Below, in pieces: positions 49,531 to 59,469 of a stretch of 64,000 bases of DNA. Every line of letters starts with the position of its first letter. Within the stretch, counting starts at the first letter, position 1. The translations under genes and the position numbers were made by a program. The DNA comes from Candidatus Poribacteria bacterium. Its GTDB lineage: Bacteria; Poribacteria; WGA-4E; WGA-3G. The DNA lies in NCBI GenBank assembly GCA_965205015.1, contig OZ242029.1, forward strand, positions 32,001-96,000, read 5' to 3'. The notes beneath the pieces were generated by a model, which saw only the letters and a program-made list of their open reading frames with translations, was not told the DNA's origin and ran no database searches.

Positions 49531-49615
49531 GCCGGAGTGGTGAAATTGGTAGACGCACGGGACTCAAAATCCCGCGGGCCCTAGGTCCATGTCGGTTCGA
49601 GTCCGACCTCCGGCA
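49531..49615 (+). tRNA. tRNA-Leu(CAA)
   Basis: GCCGGAG/CTCCGGC acceptor stem, CGGGA-CTCAAAA-TCCCG anticodon arm, long variable arm, GTTCGAGTC; CCA not encoded. Confidence 0.97.
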
Positions 49616-49618
49616 TGC

Positions 49619-49645
49619 GGCGATGGTTTCTCAGGAGCCATCGCC
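49619..49645. terminator. Hairpin between tRNA-Leu and the convergent gene
   Basis: GGCGATGGTTTC...GAGCCATCGCC. Confidence 0.65.
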
Positions 49646-49658
49646 TTCTCTGTTTCCA

Positions 49659-50450
49659 TTACATCGCAACGATTTCACGCATCCGCTTCGCGAGGTCAAT
49701 TTGCGCGTCTCTATCACCGCCGACTTCGTGGATAACATAACCATCGTAGCCGATAGCACGGAACGCCGCCATAACCGCTTGCCAATCCGTATCACCATCT
49801 AAGAGGTTAACAAACTGGTGTGCACCGCGAGAGAAATCCTTGAAGTGCACCCGCTTGATACGATGTGCCAGTTCACGGATCCAATGCTCTGGATACCCAT
49901 AAGCCATCATATTCGCAGTATCGAGATAAGTGCCTACCCAATCGCTGCCTATTTCGTCTATAATATCGCGCATCTCCTTTGGGCTGAGTAGGAACTTGTT
50001 CCAGACGTTCTCAAGCCCGATTGCAACTTGATGCGCTTCCGCGGAAGGTGCAAGCTCTTTCAGCACACCCACGAGATTATCCCAAACCTGTTGGTAAGTC
50101 CCCTCAACAGTGAGCTGCCCGGGATGCAGTAAAATCCCACCCACACCGAGGGCACCAGCAACTTCTAAACCGCGAGCGAGAGAGACCGCGCCTTTTTCGC
50201 GTTGTGCTGCATCCAAACTGAGTAAATTCCCGCGGTCGGCGTAGCCTGCCGTGATACTACTGATTTCAATACCGGCGTCTTCACACTTCTCGGCAATGCC
50301 GCGTAACGCCGTATCGCTCATATTGATGTCGGTATCTTGTCCTTCACCGAAAGTGAGTTCAACGGCATCGTAACCGGCATCTTGACAGAGGGCGAGTGTA
50401 TCGTCGAGGGACATACCGCCAAGGATAATTTGGGTAACGCCTATCTTCAT
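49659..50450 (-). CDS. Sugar phosphate isomerase/epimerase (xylose isomerase-like TIM barrel)
   Basis: Start MKIGVTQ after AGGAG; LENVWNKFL, DTAN, HFKD, IHE. Confidence 0.9.
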   Translation of the reverse strand: MKIGVTQIILGGMSLDDTLALCQDAGYDAVELTFGEGQDTDINMSDTALRGIAEKCEDAGIEISSITAGYADRGNLLSLDAAQREKGAVSLARGLEVAGALGVGGILLHPGQLTVEGTYQQVWDNLVGVLKELAPSAEAHQVAIGLENVWNKFLLSPKEMRDIIDEIGSDWVGTYLDTANMMAYGYPEHWIRELAHRIKRVHFKDFSRGAHQFVNLLDGDTDWQAVMAAFRAIGYDGYVIHEVGGDRDAQIDLAKRMREIVAM

Positions 50451-50704
50451 TTCTTCTCCTTTTCGATGTGAAATTGCGTGGCTGTTAGGGATTGTATGCA
50501 GAGGTGCCGAGTTTCGAGACACTGTGGACACCGAATAGCGACGTAATAAGCGTCGTTGAACACGGTATCAATCAAATTGGCGTCCGTACGATTCGCCAAT
50601 GGATGCCCCAAAAACTGGTCAAGCACTTCGTACGCCCTGTCACAATCTGGACAGATTTGTAAGTCGTGACCGATGTCCGTCTGGTCGAGCCATCGCATCG
50701 TCAA
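50447..50704 (-). CDS. Small CxxC/CxxC putative zinc-binding protein
   Basis: CPDC...CPQC; closely coupled to hflX upstream and to the downstream gene. Confidence 0.55.
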   Translation of the reverse strand: MTMRWLDQTDIGHDLQICPDCDRAYEVLDQFLGHPLANRTDANLIDTVFNDAYYVAIRCPQCLETRHLCIQSLTATQFHIEKEKK

Positions 50705-50712
50705 TACCTTTC

Positions 50713-52011
50713 TTAGGAAGAAACCAAAAATTGAGAGACCGATTTGAGATAACGGTTCGGCAAGCGTGCCTTGACGTGAACGGCTTCCGCTGTGTATTCA
50801 GTATCAAGCACGATGCCATACTTATGCAGTAAGTCGAGTGTCTTTCCTTCTGTATACGGAATACAGAGAGAGATATCCGTGCCGCGTTCGGCAAAACGCT
50901 GTGCCAAAGCATCTATTAACGCCGGAACACCGTCGCCACGTTGCGCTGAAATCGGCAGCGCATCAGGATATTGGCACTGTAAGATGTGCAATTCCTCATC
51001 ATCACTTTTGAGCCTATCGACTTTATTGAAAACCATGAACATCGGCATATCGGTAGCATCCAATTCTTCAAGAACTACGTTCACAGCGGCTATCTGTGCC
51101 TCTGCTTCCGGATGACTCACATCAACAACATGCAGCAAAAGATCCGCCTCTAAGACTTCTTCGAGTGTCGCCTTGAATGCAGCAACTAACTGGTGCGGCA
51201 ATTTCTTGATAAAGCCAACGGTGTCGCTCAACAGAATCTGCTGTTTTTGCGGCAAATCCAACTTCCGCGTGGTAGAATCCAAAGTTGCGAACAATTTATC
51301 TTCAGCCAAAACGGTTTCGCCTGTTAGGCGGTTAAATAGCGTTGACTTCCCCGCATTGGTATATCCCACGAGAGATACTTTGATTTTTTCGGACCGATTT
51401 CGCCGCTGAATATGACGCTGTTTTTCAACGGCATCAAGTGCCTTTCTCACATGTGCGATGTTCCTACGCACCCAGCGTCTATCCATTTCGAGCTGCGTTT
51501 CACCGGGACCCCGGAGGTGTCTACCCCCGCCACCGCCTGTCGCAAGTCGTGAGAGGTGTGTCCACATCCGAGTGAGGCGTGGCAGTGCGTATTCAAGTTG
51601 CGCCAATGCGACCTGTAAGCGCGCTTCTTTGGTGAGTGCACGTTGCGCAAAAACCTGAAGAATGAGTCCTGTCCGGTCAATTGTGGCGACCTCAAGTGCC
51701 CGCTCAAGATTCCGATTCTGCGCGGGTGATAGTTCCTCGTCAAAGATAATTGCGTCTGCGTTTAACTCTTCAATGAGAGGCTTGAGTTCTTCTTCAACCT
51801 TTCCTTCACCAATGAAATACGTTGGATTTGGCGCATTACGGGGTTGAATTGTCACAGCGACCACCTCAATGCCAGCCGTCTCTGCGAGTTGCTGGAGTTC
51901 TTGCAGCGATTCTTCGGTCTCGTGCATCAAGGTGTTCCGGAGTTTTATCCCTACCAATATCGCACGTGAGGGCGGATTCGGTGCACGCGTATCATAAAGT
52001 TCTTGCATCAA
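50713..52011 (-). CDS. hflX: GTPase HflX
   Basis: GPGETQLE, GYTNAGKS, LFATLD, DTVGFI, NKVD. Confidence 0.97.
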   Translation of the reverse strand: MMQELYDTRAPNPPSRAILVGIKLRNTLMHETEESLQELQQLAETAGIEVVAVTIQPRNAPNPTYFIGEGKVEEELKPLIEELNADAIIFDEELSPAQNRNLERALEVATIDRTGLILQVFAQRALTKEARLQVALAQLEYALPRLTRMWTHLSRLATGGGGGRHLRGPGETQLEMDRRWVRRNIAHVRKALDAVEKQRHIQRRNRSEKIKVSLVGYTNAGKSTLFNRLTGETVLAEDKLFATLDSTTRKLDLPQKQQILLSDTVGFIKKLPHQLVAAFKATLEEVLEADLLLHVVDVSHPEAEAQIAAVNVVLEELDATDMPMFMVFNKVDRLKSDDEELHILQCQYPDALPISAQRGDGVPALIDALAQRFAERGTDISLCIPYTEGKTLDLLHKYGIVLDTEYTAEAVHVKARLPNRYLKSVSQFLVSS

Positions 52012-52230
52012 GAAACTCCTTTCCTGAGTTCTGCGGGTGTACCGGGGTATAGTGCCACGGTTTACCCAATAACGTGGTACTTCTTATAGTATAGTTTATC
52101 AGATTTACGTGCCTTTTTCCACTAAAATCCTATTTTGCGAAAAAACTTCACATTTTTCACAAGGCCCCTTTTCTGTGTATGTCTTGGAGAGGGTTGTCGC
52201 TTGTCAAACAAATCAAACCTAAAGTTTTTC

Positions 52231-52259
52231 TTGCACACAAGTCAATTCTATGTTATACT
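52231..52259 (+). promoter_or_regulatory. Sigma70 promoter of smpB-ssrA
   Basis: TTGCAC-17 nt-TATACT with an extended TG, 8 nt before the ATG at 52268. Confidence 0.65.
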
Positions 52260-52267
52260 TAAACACC

Positions 52268-52729
52268 ATGATGAAAAATGCCAAAAATTCCACTACGCCA
52301 GCGATTACTGTGAATCGAAAAGCGCGGTATGATTATCACCTGCGCGATCGCTATGAAGCCGGGGTCGTCCTCCAAGGTACCGAAGTGAAGGCAATTCGCG
52401 CAGGACGGCTCAACTTGGCAGATAGTTACGCACAGATAACAGATGGAGAAGTGTTCTTACTCGATGCCCATATCGGTCCTTACGAACACGGAAATATGGC
52501 AAATCACGAGCCGAAGCGGAAACGGAAACTCTTATTGCATCGGCGAGAAATCACTAAACTTGAACGCTCGATCCGTTCCAAAGGCATGACTATCGTTCCG
52601 ACGCGGGCGTATTTCAGCAAGGGTAAGATAAAACTGGAATTAGCCGTCGCTATGGGTAAGCGACTCTACGATAAACGCGACAAACTTGCGCGTGAAGCGA
52701 CCGCGAGTGAGATCCGGGCATACAATTGA
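52268..52729 (+). CDS. smpB: SsrA-binding protein
   Basis: NRKARYDY, GTEVKAIR, RKLLLH, GKRLYDKR. Confidence 0.97.
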   Translation: MMKNAKNSTTPAITVNRKARYDYHLRDRYEAGVVLQGTEVKAIRAGRLNLADSYAQITDGEVFLLDAHIGPYEHGNMANHEPKRKRKLLLHRREITKLERSIRSKGMTIVPTRAYFSKGKIKLELAVAMGKRLYDKRDKLAREATASEIRAYN

Positions 52730-52773
52730 CGTGGCTATCGGCTCTCTTGTCTCCGACTGCCAACAGTTATTCT

Positions 52774-53124
52774 GGGGGTGCACAGGTTTCGACGAAGGTA
52801 AATGAGATATAGGTTGCATGCCGAGGTCTCCGCAGGCCTCGTTAAACAGGCGGAACATTTATAAATGCTGATGAAGAATTAGCATTAGCTGCTTAATGCA
52901 GCTACGCTTGGCCGACCTGCCGCCCGTCAGGGAAGCTAAAGCGCCGCAATACGGGCTAGCTGCTCGCTCATTCTCAAGGGGCGTGCCGTGAAACACTTTT
53001 TGAGATAGCCTCTTATGGATCCTGCACAGGGGAGTCTGAGAGGCGAATCTTAAATCCTGTGATAAGCATGTAGTAGCCTCTATTGAAATGCCTTCGGACG
53101 CGGGTTCGATTCCCGCCACCTCCA
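52774..53124 (+). ncRNA. ssrA: tmRNA; tag ORF ADEELALAA* at 52867-52896
   Basis: GGGGGTG...CACCTCCA acceptor stem, GGTTTCGAC, GCGGGTTCGATTCCCGC T-arm; adjacent to smpB. Confidence 0.96.
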
Positions 53125-53176
53125 TTTCTACCGCGTCATTCCGTGTTTACCAACAACACACCGCCTGCAAAACGAC

Positions 53177-53602
53177 ATGGCTGAACTCGCGAACATGCCA
53201 CTTCGCATTCAAAAGATCGTGCAAGCACATATAGGTGAGGATGAACATATATATTTGTGCGTCCTGGGTCGTTCCAGCTTGCTGCGTCCAGATTATGTCT
53301 TCATCACATCGCGTCGGGTCTTGGTTTTAGATGAACGATATATAGGGAGCCTCGCTGTCTCTTACGCGAATGTCCGGTGTAATCTGCTGTTTACAGAAAT
53401 CAGCAGTGTTCAGTTAGTTCGACATCTTAAACATCGGTTTCTCCGCCAAGCAAAACTCGAAATTAGTGTCGTACGTAATGTTCACTGGATCGATAATATC
53501 AACTTCCGTGCCGCACAATGTGCTTACGCGTGCATCACTGAGCAGCTCTCGGAGGTACGCCATCACCACGATCGTAACGGCGGAACCTCCGAAGCCAGAT
53601 AA
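53177..53602 (+). CDS. Bacterial PH-domain-like protein
   Basis: GEDE...YVFITSRRVLVLD...ISSVQL. Confidence 0.65.
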   Translation: MAELANMPLRIQKIVQAHIGEDEHIYLCVLGRSSLLRPDYVFITSRRVLVLDERYIGSLAVSYANVRCNLLFTEISSVQLVRHLKHRFLRQAKLEISVVRNVHWIDNINFRAAQCAYACITEQLSEVRHHHDRNGGTSEAR

Positions 53603-53612
53603 AAAGGATGCC

Positions 53613-54314
53613 ATGATAGAATTCCTGAATTATCTCATCGTTTCTTATAATGTCTGGTTTACAGCCCCGTTAGCGATTGTGTTCCTATTGGCACTCTTCC
53701 GACTTGCCACAGGCGCAATGGACTTCGGCGATGTGGATACAGACGTTGATATGGATGCAGACATCGACATGGATGCCGATATGGATATAGACGCGGACGC
53801 AGATGTCGATGCTGATATGGACGCACATACAGGTACCCAAGGGACCTCCTTCGGAGATGTATTTGGGTTCTTGAACGTTGGCAGGGTCCCGTTGATGATT
53901 GTGCTGATGTCGTTGTTTGTGACATGGGGAATTTCTGGGCTTATTGTGAACGCGCTTCTTAACATCCCGGAGAACCCACACTGGGTTTGGATATCGTGTA
54001 TCATTGCGTTTTTCTGTTGTTTCTTAGGAACTCGGTATATCTCTATCGGACTTTCAAAACTATTTCCAGAGAGCGAAAAAGCCATCAGTGATGTCCAACT
54101 GCTCGGTCTAAGTGGGCGAGTGGTTAGTGGGCAAATTACAACCACCTTCGGAACCGCCCGCGTCCGAGTGCCAGACGGACCGGAATTAACCGTCAGTTGT
54201 CGTGCCAAACCAGATGAAACCACTCCTGTCAAGGGGGATACCGTTATCCTGATAAATTATGATCGGACCAAACGAATCTTTGACGTAAGAAAAAGCCAAA
54301 TGGATCCGCGATAA
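53613..54314 (+). CDS. YqiJ/DUF1449 (NfeD-like) membrane protein
   Basis: Start MIEFLN; acidic DxDxD tract, FLNVGRVPLMI, C-terminal OB fold; directly upstream of flotillin. Confidence 0.85.
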   Translation: MIEFLNYLIVSYNVWFTAPLAIVFLLALFRLATGAMDFGDVDTDVDMDADIDMDADMDIDADADVDADMDAHTGTQGTSFGDVFGFLNVGRVPLMIVLMSLFVTWGISGLIVNALLNIPENPHWVWISCIIAFFCCFLGTRYISIGLSKLFPESEKAISDVQLLGLSGRVVSGQITTTFGTARVRVPDGPELTVSCRAKPDETTPVKGDTVILINYDRTKRIFDVRKSQMDPR

Positions 54315-54347
54315 TGTATGGTTGTCAGTAAAAAGGAGAATTGAAAC

Positions 54348-56189
54348 ATGTTGGATGCCAACTTATTCGTTACGATTGTCGGCAGCGTGATTGCCTTACT
54401 CGTCATCTTCCTGCTAATCTATCGCTCTTTCTACAAAAAAGCACCAGCAGATTCAGCATTAGTTATCTCTGGAGGACGTAAAAAGCGGGCTGTTTTTGGG
54501 GGGAGCCTTATCAATCCACTTACGAACACGAGCCAACTTATTTCCTTGAATACGCTCCAACTTCCAGTTGAACGCACCGGACAAGCCGCGCTTATCACAA
54601 AAGACAGTTTACGGGTTGATTTGGAAGCAGAGTTCTATGTCAAAATTGAACCCAACGAACAGGATGTCCTCAAAGCGGTTGCGAGTCTTGGCGACAAAAC
54701 GTTAACGCCCGCCGAAGTTAATAAACTTCTGGAAGGCAAACTCGTCGGTGTTCTTCGAAGCGTCGCCGCAACAATGGAGCTGCAGGAATTGCACGAAAAA
54801 CGTCAACAGTTTTCTGACCAAGTTCAGGAGGCATGCCGAGACGACCTCGAACAGAACGGATTTAAGTTAGAAAGCGTCGCCGTCACCAATCTCGACCAGA
54901 CGCCACTTGAAGCACTGGACGAGAACAACCGTTTTGATGTCGTCGCAATTCAAACTATTAAGCAAGAGGTCGAAGATAGGCAAACTGAAACCGCGCGGAT
55001 CGAACACGAAAACCAAGTAAAGCGCGAAGAGAATCGACTCAAAGCCGAACTCGAAATCAAACAACGCGAAGAGGAAACGGAGAGCCAAGGCTTAGAAGTC
55101 GCCAAGCGACTTGAATTTGCACAGGAAGCGCAGCGCAAAGCAATCGCTACGAACAAAGCGGAACAGGAACGCGAGATTGAAGCACATAAACTTGAACAGC
55201 AACAAGCGGTTGAGGAAGCGCGAATCAAGCAGGAAGAAGTGGTGAAATCCACGGAAATCTCGCAGAAGCAGCGGCTCGATACGGCGCGGATCGAACAGGA
55301 ACGCCAAGTCCAAGAAACGGAGATCTCGCAGAAGCAAGCCGTCGAAATCGCACGCGTCCAGCAGGAACAGCAGATCGAAGAAGCACAGATCCAACGAGAA
55401 CTCACCGTCGAAAAAGCCAAGATTGAGCAGCAGCGCACTGTTGAAGAGACCGGTATCTCCAGCAGAATCGTTCTTATTGAGAAAGAACGCGAGGAAAAAG
55501 AGGCACAAGCCGAAAACGCAATCCAGATCTCTATCAAGGAGAAAGAACGCGAGGCAGCTCTGATAGAACTTTTAGACGTTAGCGCCCAAAAGGCGAAAGC
55601 TGAAGCGAGTGTCTTAACGGCTGAAGCCGTTGAGGAAGCGGAACGGCAAAGTAAAATCGCGCTTATCCGCGCCGAACAGGAAGCGGACGAGGAACGAATC
55701 GCCAAAGAACGCGCTGCTGACGCCGAAGCTTATGCCGTTGTAGAATCCGCTAAGGCGGAACTCGAAGCCGCAGAGGTTCAAGCACAAGCGCAAAGAATTC
55801 TCGCAGAAGCATTCCTTGTTGAAGCGAAGGCAAAAGCCGATGGTGAAGAGGCCTCAATTGCTGCAAAAAATCAAGCGGATTCCAAAGTTCTCGTTAGCGA
55901 TGCTATATTAGCACTCGTGGAATCTTTGCCTGAAGTAACCAATGAACTAATGAAACCCGCCGAGCGTATTGAAAGCATCCGTGTGCTTGACCTCGGGGGC
56001 GGTGGTAATGGCAATGGCAGCAACGGTATGAACCGGATCCTCAGCTCGATTGTGAACGCTGGGGCAGCAGTGCCCCTGCTGAAGGAAATTGTCGGATTCA
56101 GCGGTTTAGATACTGAAAGAATTGCACAGACAATTCACGATTATACTTCCAACATGGCAGTCAATGCCCAATCGGATTCAGAAGAATAG
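54348..56189 (+). CDS. Flotillin family protein (YqiK-like)
   Basis: SPFH domain (LITKDSLRVD...FYV, GFKLESV), long EQ/AEA coiled coil, MKPAERIESIRVL. Confidence 0.92.
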   Translation: MLDANLFVTIVGSVIALLVIFLLIYRSFYKKAPADSALVISGGRKKRAVFGGSLINPLTNTSQLISLNTLQLPVERTGQAALITKDSLRVDLEAEFYVKIEPNEQDVLKAVASLGDKTLTPAEVNKLLEGKLVGVLRSVAATMELQELHEKRQQFSDQVQEACRDDLEQNGFKLESVAVTNLDQTPLEALDENNRFDVVAIQTIKQEVEDRQTETARIEHENQVKREENRLKAELEIKQREEETESQGLEVAKRLEFAQEAQRKAIATNKAEQEREIEAHKLEQQQAVEEARIKQEEVVKSTEISQKQRLDTARIEQERQVQETEISQKQAVEIARVQQEQQIEEAQIQRELTVEKAKIEQQRTVEETGISSRIVLIEKEREEKEAQAENAIQISIKEKEREAALIELLDVSAQKAKAEASVLTAEAVEEAERQSKIALIRAEQEADEERIAKERAADAEAYAVVESAKAELEAAEVQAQAQRILAEAFLVEAKAKADGEEASIAAKNQADSKVLVSDAILALVESLPEVTNELMKPAERIESIRVLDLGGGGNGNGSNGMNRILSSIVNAGAAVPLLKEIVGFSGLDTERIAQTIHDYTSNMAVNAQSDSEE

Positions 56190-56195
56190 CATATT

Positions 56196-56308
56196 GGTTA
56201 TCAGTTGTCAGTCATCAGTTACCAGTTAAGAGGTTTCGTTTAACGAAGGGACCCCCCAAGCAAAACACCCTCTTTAACTGAAAACCGAGAACCGAGAACC
56301 GACAGCCA
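56196..56308. repeat. Heptamer-based palindromic intergenic element
   Basis: ggttatcagttgtcagtcatcagttaccagttaagagg...ctctttaactgaaaaccgagaaccgagaaccgacagcc. Confidence 0.7.
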
Positions 56309-56344
56309 ATAAGTTGATAGCCAATATTACGAAAGGATGAACAG

Positions 56345-56854
56345 ATGGAAAAAGAAAAACAAGCAAGAGTCGAGGTTAAAGTTAACTTCCTCTCAATTGA
56401 CCGGAGTACCGGCGCACCAATAGTTGCCCTGAAGGAAAAAGAGGGGGATTCAAATCGAATACTGCTGATTTGGATCGGTGAATCGGAGGCAGCGGCTATC
56501 CAGCGGTATACCGATAAAATTCAACTCCCGCGACCGATGACACATGACTTACTCAAGATAATGATTGAAACGCTTGGAGCCAAAGTTACAGCCGTGTGTG
56601 TACACGCTTTCGAAGAACGGACTTTCTATGCACATTTGACCTTGAAAGTCGACGGGAACAATATTGATGTGGATTGTCGACCGAGCGATGCAATCGCGCT
56701 TGCACTCCGCTGTGAAGCCCCGATGTACGTTGTTGAAGAGGTACTCGTAGAACAGGGATTCTCTGAACAGGAGCTCACCAAGGGACAAAAACCCGATACG
56801 AAAGATGTCTTGGAGAATTTAGACGACGATACACTAAAACAGTATACAGTCTAA
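56345..56854 (+). CDS. Bifunctional nuclease (DUF151) family protein
   Basis: IWIGESEA, PRPMTHDL, DCRPSDAIALA. Confidence 0.93.
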   Translation: MEKEKQARVEVKVNFLSIDRSTGAPIVALKEKEGDSNRILLIWIGESEAAAIQRYTDKIQLPRPMTHDLLKIMIETLGAKVTAVCVHAFEERTFYAHLTLKVDGNNIDVDCRPSDAIALALRCEAPMYVVEEVLVEQGFSEQELTKGQKPDTKDVLENLDDDTLKQYTV

Positions 56855-57004
56855 ATAGCTGTCAGGCGTCGGTCCGGATTTTCTACGAACATCCTTTCGG
56901 TTTTCAGTTAAGAGGTTTTTGGTAACAATTGACCGTGCCTTGGAATATTCCAAGTGAGGGAGTTTGGCACAGGAACCCTTTTTAACCGATAAAGGAGAAA
57001 AACA

Positions 57005-58699
57005 GTGTATGACCTTGTCATCCGCAATGGAACAGTCATTGATGGAACCGGTCAGCCCGGTTTCAAAGCCGACATCGCTATTAACGGTGAACGGATCACA
57101 GACGTTGGCGATGTTCCCGATGCGGCGTACCAGACGATTGATGCAACGGACAGACTCGTCACACCGGGCTTCATAGATACACATACACACATGGATGCCC
57201 AGTTCATGTGGGACCCACTCGGCACACCGACATGCTGGCACGGTATCACCACGTTGATCCTTGGGAGTTGCGGTGTGAGCTTCGCACCCGTCAAGCAAGC
57301 AGACCACATGGTTTTAGCGAAGGTCCTTGAAAGCGTTGAAGGCATTCCTGCGGAAAGCATCATGTCAAGCCTCCGTTGGAATTGGGAAACCTTCGGGGAG
57401 TACTACGACGCCTTGGACGCGTGCCCAAAGGGTGTGAATGTCTGCGGTATGATCGGGCATGCGGCAACACGCTACCACGCGATCGGGGAAGAAAGCCTAA
57501 AAAGGGACAGAAATCCAACGCCCGATGAAATGAAGACCATGCAAGCCTCCGTCGATGAAGCAATGGAGGCTGGAGCATTGGGATTCTCTACCTCTCGAAC
57601 ACTCACCCACAAGACCTCCGAAGGCATTCCGATTCCCGGCACATTCGCACATCTCGATGAACTGGTCGCGATCGCACAAGCCGTTGCAAGACACAATAAA
57701 GGGATTTTCCAATGGGCACCCGGTTTCGGGGAATATGAGGACTACCCGACAACGGAGTATCCAGAAACGCGAAAAGAGATCCACCGTATTGCTGAGGTGA
57801 ACCGGCAGAGTGGATGCCCCGTGATCTTCAGTGCCTTCACCCATGAAGCCGTACCCACGATCCAGACCCTATATTTGGGATGGCTTGATGAAGAACGCGC
57901 CGCTGGCGCACAGGCGCGTCCGATGGTCTCTTCCCGCGTTAACACGGTGATGGTTGGACTTTGCAATTGGATGCCGATTCGCGACGCGAGTGCGTGGCGT
58001 GAATTATACAGCCTTCCGTATCCTGAACGGTTGACAGCCATTCAAGACGAAAAGATACGTACAGGACTGTTAGATATTTCCGCCGAAAGTGATGAACGTC
58101 TCGGTAAAATGTTATACCGTTTCGGACCGGCAGCGTGCGAATACGTTCGTAAACCGGAGAATTTGTTACGCAATATCGCCGATGAAAACAGTGAACGCCC
58201 GATAGAGACAATCGTTCGGTTATTCCACGAAACGGGTGGGCGACAGTTATTCGCCTTCGCAACGAATAACCATAATCTCGCGCATGTTGAGGAAGTCGTG
58301 CGCTACCGAGACACGCTCCTCGGTCTCGGTGATGCAGGCGCACACGTAAACGCAATCTGTGATGCCTCCCTCTCAACGCATGCCCTCACATTTTGGCACG
58401 GGGAACGACACGTGTTCAGTTTGGAAGAGACGGTTCGCCGCTTGACTTCTGATGGCGCAGAAGCCTTCGGAATCCCGGAGCGCGGGTTATTAAAGCCAGG
58501 GTATTACGCCGATGTCAATGTGATTGACGCAGAAAATCTCCGGATGGACATCCCCGAATTTGTGTATGACCTACCTGTCGGTGCGGGACGTTGGACACAG
58601 CGCGCACAGGGGTATGACTACACCCTTGTGAACGGTAAAGTTGTCGTTGAGAAGGACAACCATACAGGTCGTCTCGTTGGGAAACTCATTAGAATCTAA
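57005..58699 (+). CDS. N-acyl-D-amino-acid deacylase family amidohydrolase
   Basis: PGFIDTHTHMD, HGITT, DAGAH, RGLLKPGYYAD. Confidence 0.92.
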   Translation: MYDLVIRNGTVIDGTGQPGFKADIAINGERITDVGDVPDAAYQTIDATDRLVTPGFIDTHTHMDAQFMWDPLGTPTCWHGITTLILGSCGVSFAPVKQADHMVLAKVLESVEGIPAESIMSSLRWNWETFGEYYDALDACPKGVNVCGMIGHAATRYHAIGEESLKRDRNPTPDEMKTMQASVDEAMEAGALGFSTSRTLTHKTSEGIPIPGTFAHLDELVAIAQAVARHNKGIFQWAPGFGEYEDYPTTEYPETRKEIHRIAEVNRQSGCPVIFSAFTHEAVPTIQTLYLGWLDEERAAGAQARPMVSSRVNTVMVGLCNWMPIRDASAWRELYSLPYPERLTAIQDEKIRTGLLDISAESDERLGKMLYRFGPAACEYVRKPENLLRNIADENSERPIETIVRLFHETGGRQLFAFATNNHNLAHVEEVVRYRDTLLGLGDAGAHVNAICDASLSTHALTFWHGERHVFSLEETVRRLTSDGAEAFGIPERGLLKPGYYADVNVIDAENLRMDIPEFVYDLPVGAGRWTQRAQGYDYTLVNGKVVVEKDNHTGRLVGKLIRI

Positions 58700-58761
58700 G
58701 ACGCACAGATACATCAAAGGGTATTGGAGCCAAATACATCTTTTGGAAGGGATTACGCATT

Positions 58762-58950
58762 ATGAAAGAACACGCACAAACCCCTGAAAGCGACGAGTTC
58801 CGCGACTACATCCGGCACCGGCAATTAGAAATGATTTCCGAGGATTTATGGGATGAATATCTCTGGGGCGAACTCGGGGCTGCAGTCCGAGATTTCGAGA
58901 ACGAACCCTGGGGAAAGCCTTCAAAGGAAACCAATCCAGACGCATCCTAA
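58762..58950 (+). CDS. Small acidic hypothetical protein
   Basis: 62-aa ORF preceded by a purine-rich RBS-like stretch. Confidence 0.45.
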   Translation: MKEHAQTPESDEFRDYIRHRQLEMISEDLWDEYLWGELGAAVRDFENEPWGKPSKETNPDAS

Positions 58951-59006
58951 CTCCTGCGGTCTCTGAAACGAAGGTTAAGGCGAGCCAAGGAGATGCAGAA
59001 AGCATT

Positions 59007-59369
59007 ATGAGCAATAGAATTAAGATCGAAGAAGGCAGTGAAAATATTTTCAAAGATTTGGGTTTTTCTGATGAGGTTGCAGAGAAAGAACTCCTAAAAG
59101 CACAGTTGGGAACGGAAATTTTTCGGATTCTCAAGGAACGCAAGCTGACTCAGGAAGAAGCTGCGAAGTTACTTGGCGTTAAACACCTTGACATTCTTCG
59201 CCTGAAAGCCGCCAAACTTTCTGACTACAGCATTGACCAATTGATGACCTTTCTGAATCGGTTGAATCACGATATTGAGATACACATTATTCCTTCACAA
59301 GAGAGAGAAGGACACCAGCGGGTCGTTGCTGTTGAGTTATCAAGATTTTCCATCTCGGCAGAAAAATAG
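59007..59369 (+). CDS. XRE-family HTH protein (HigA-like antitoxin)
   Basis: GSENIFKDLGF...LTQEEAAKLLGV...YSIDQLM. Confidence 0.88.
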   Translation: MSNRIKIEEGSENIFKDLGFSDEVAEKELLKAQLGTEIFRILKERKLTQEEAAKLLGVKHLDILRLKAAKLSDYSIDQLMTFLNRLNHDIEIHIIPSQEREGHQRVVAVELSRFSISAEK

Positions 59370-59469
59370 AACGCTTTCACGTTTCACATTTGACCGCTCC
59401 TCGCCCCTGAAAGCATCATTTTTCAAGGACAGATTTAGAACTTTTCCTGCCAGTGCTGTTGAGAAAACC

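Noticed and set aside
49451-49567. Longer start for ORF 48599-49567, and ORF 52859-53125
   Set aside because: These are antisense shadows of tRNA-Leu and tmRNA.
49531-53124. tRNA-Leu or tmRNA as an integration site for an island
   Set aside because: No integrase and no duplicated 3' end were seen, and the flanking genes are housekeeping.
53466-53612. Upstream extension of the YqiJ-like ORF
   Set aside because: It overlaps the PH-domain gene; an AAGGA RBS supports the ATG at 53613.
53730-53825. DxDxD acidic repeat in the YqiJ-like protein as a novel repeat
   Set aside because: Such Asp-rich linkers are ordinary in this NfeD-like family.
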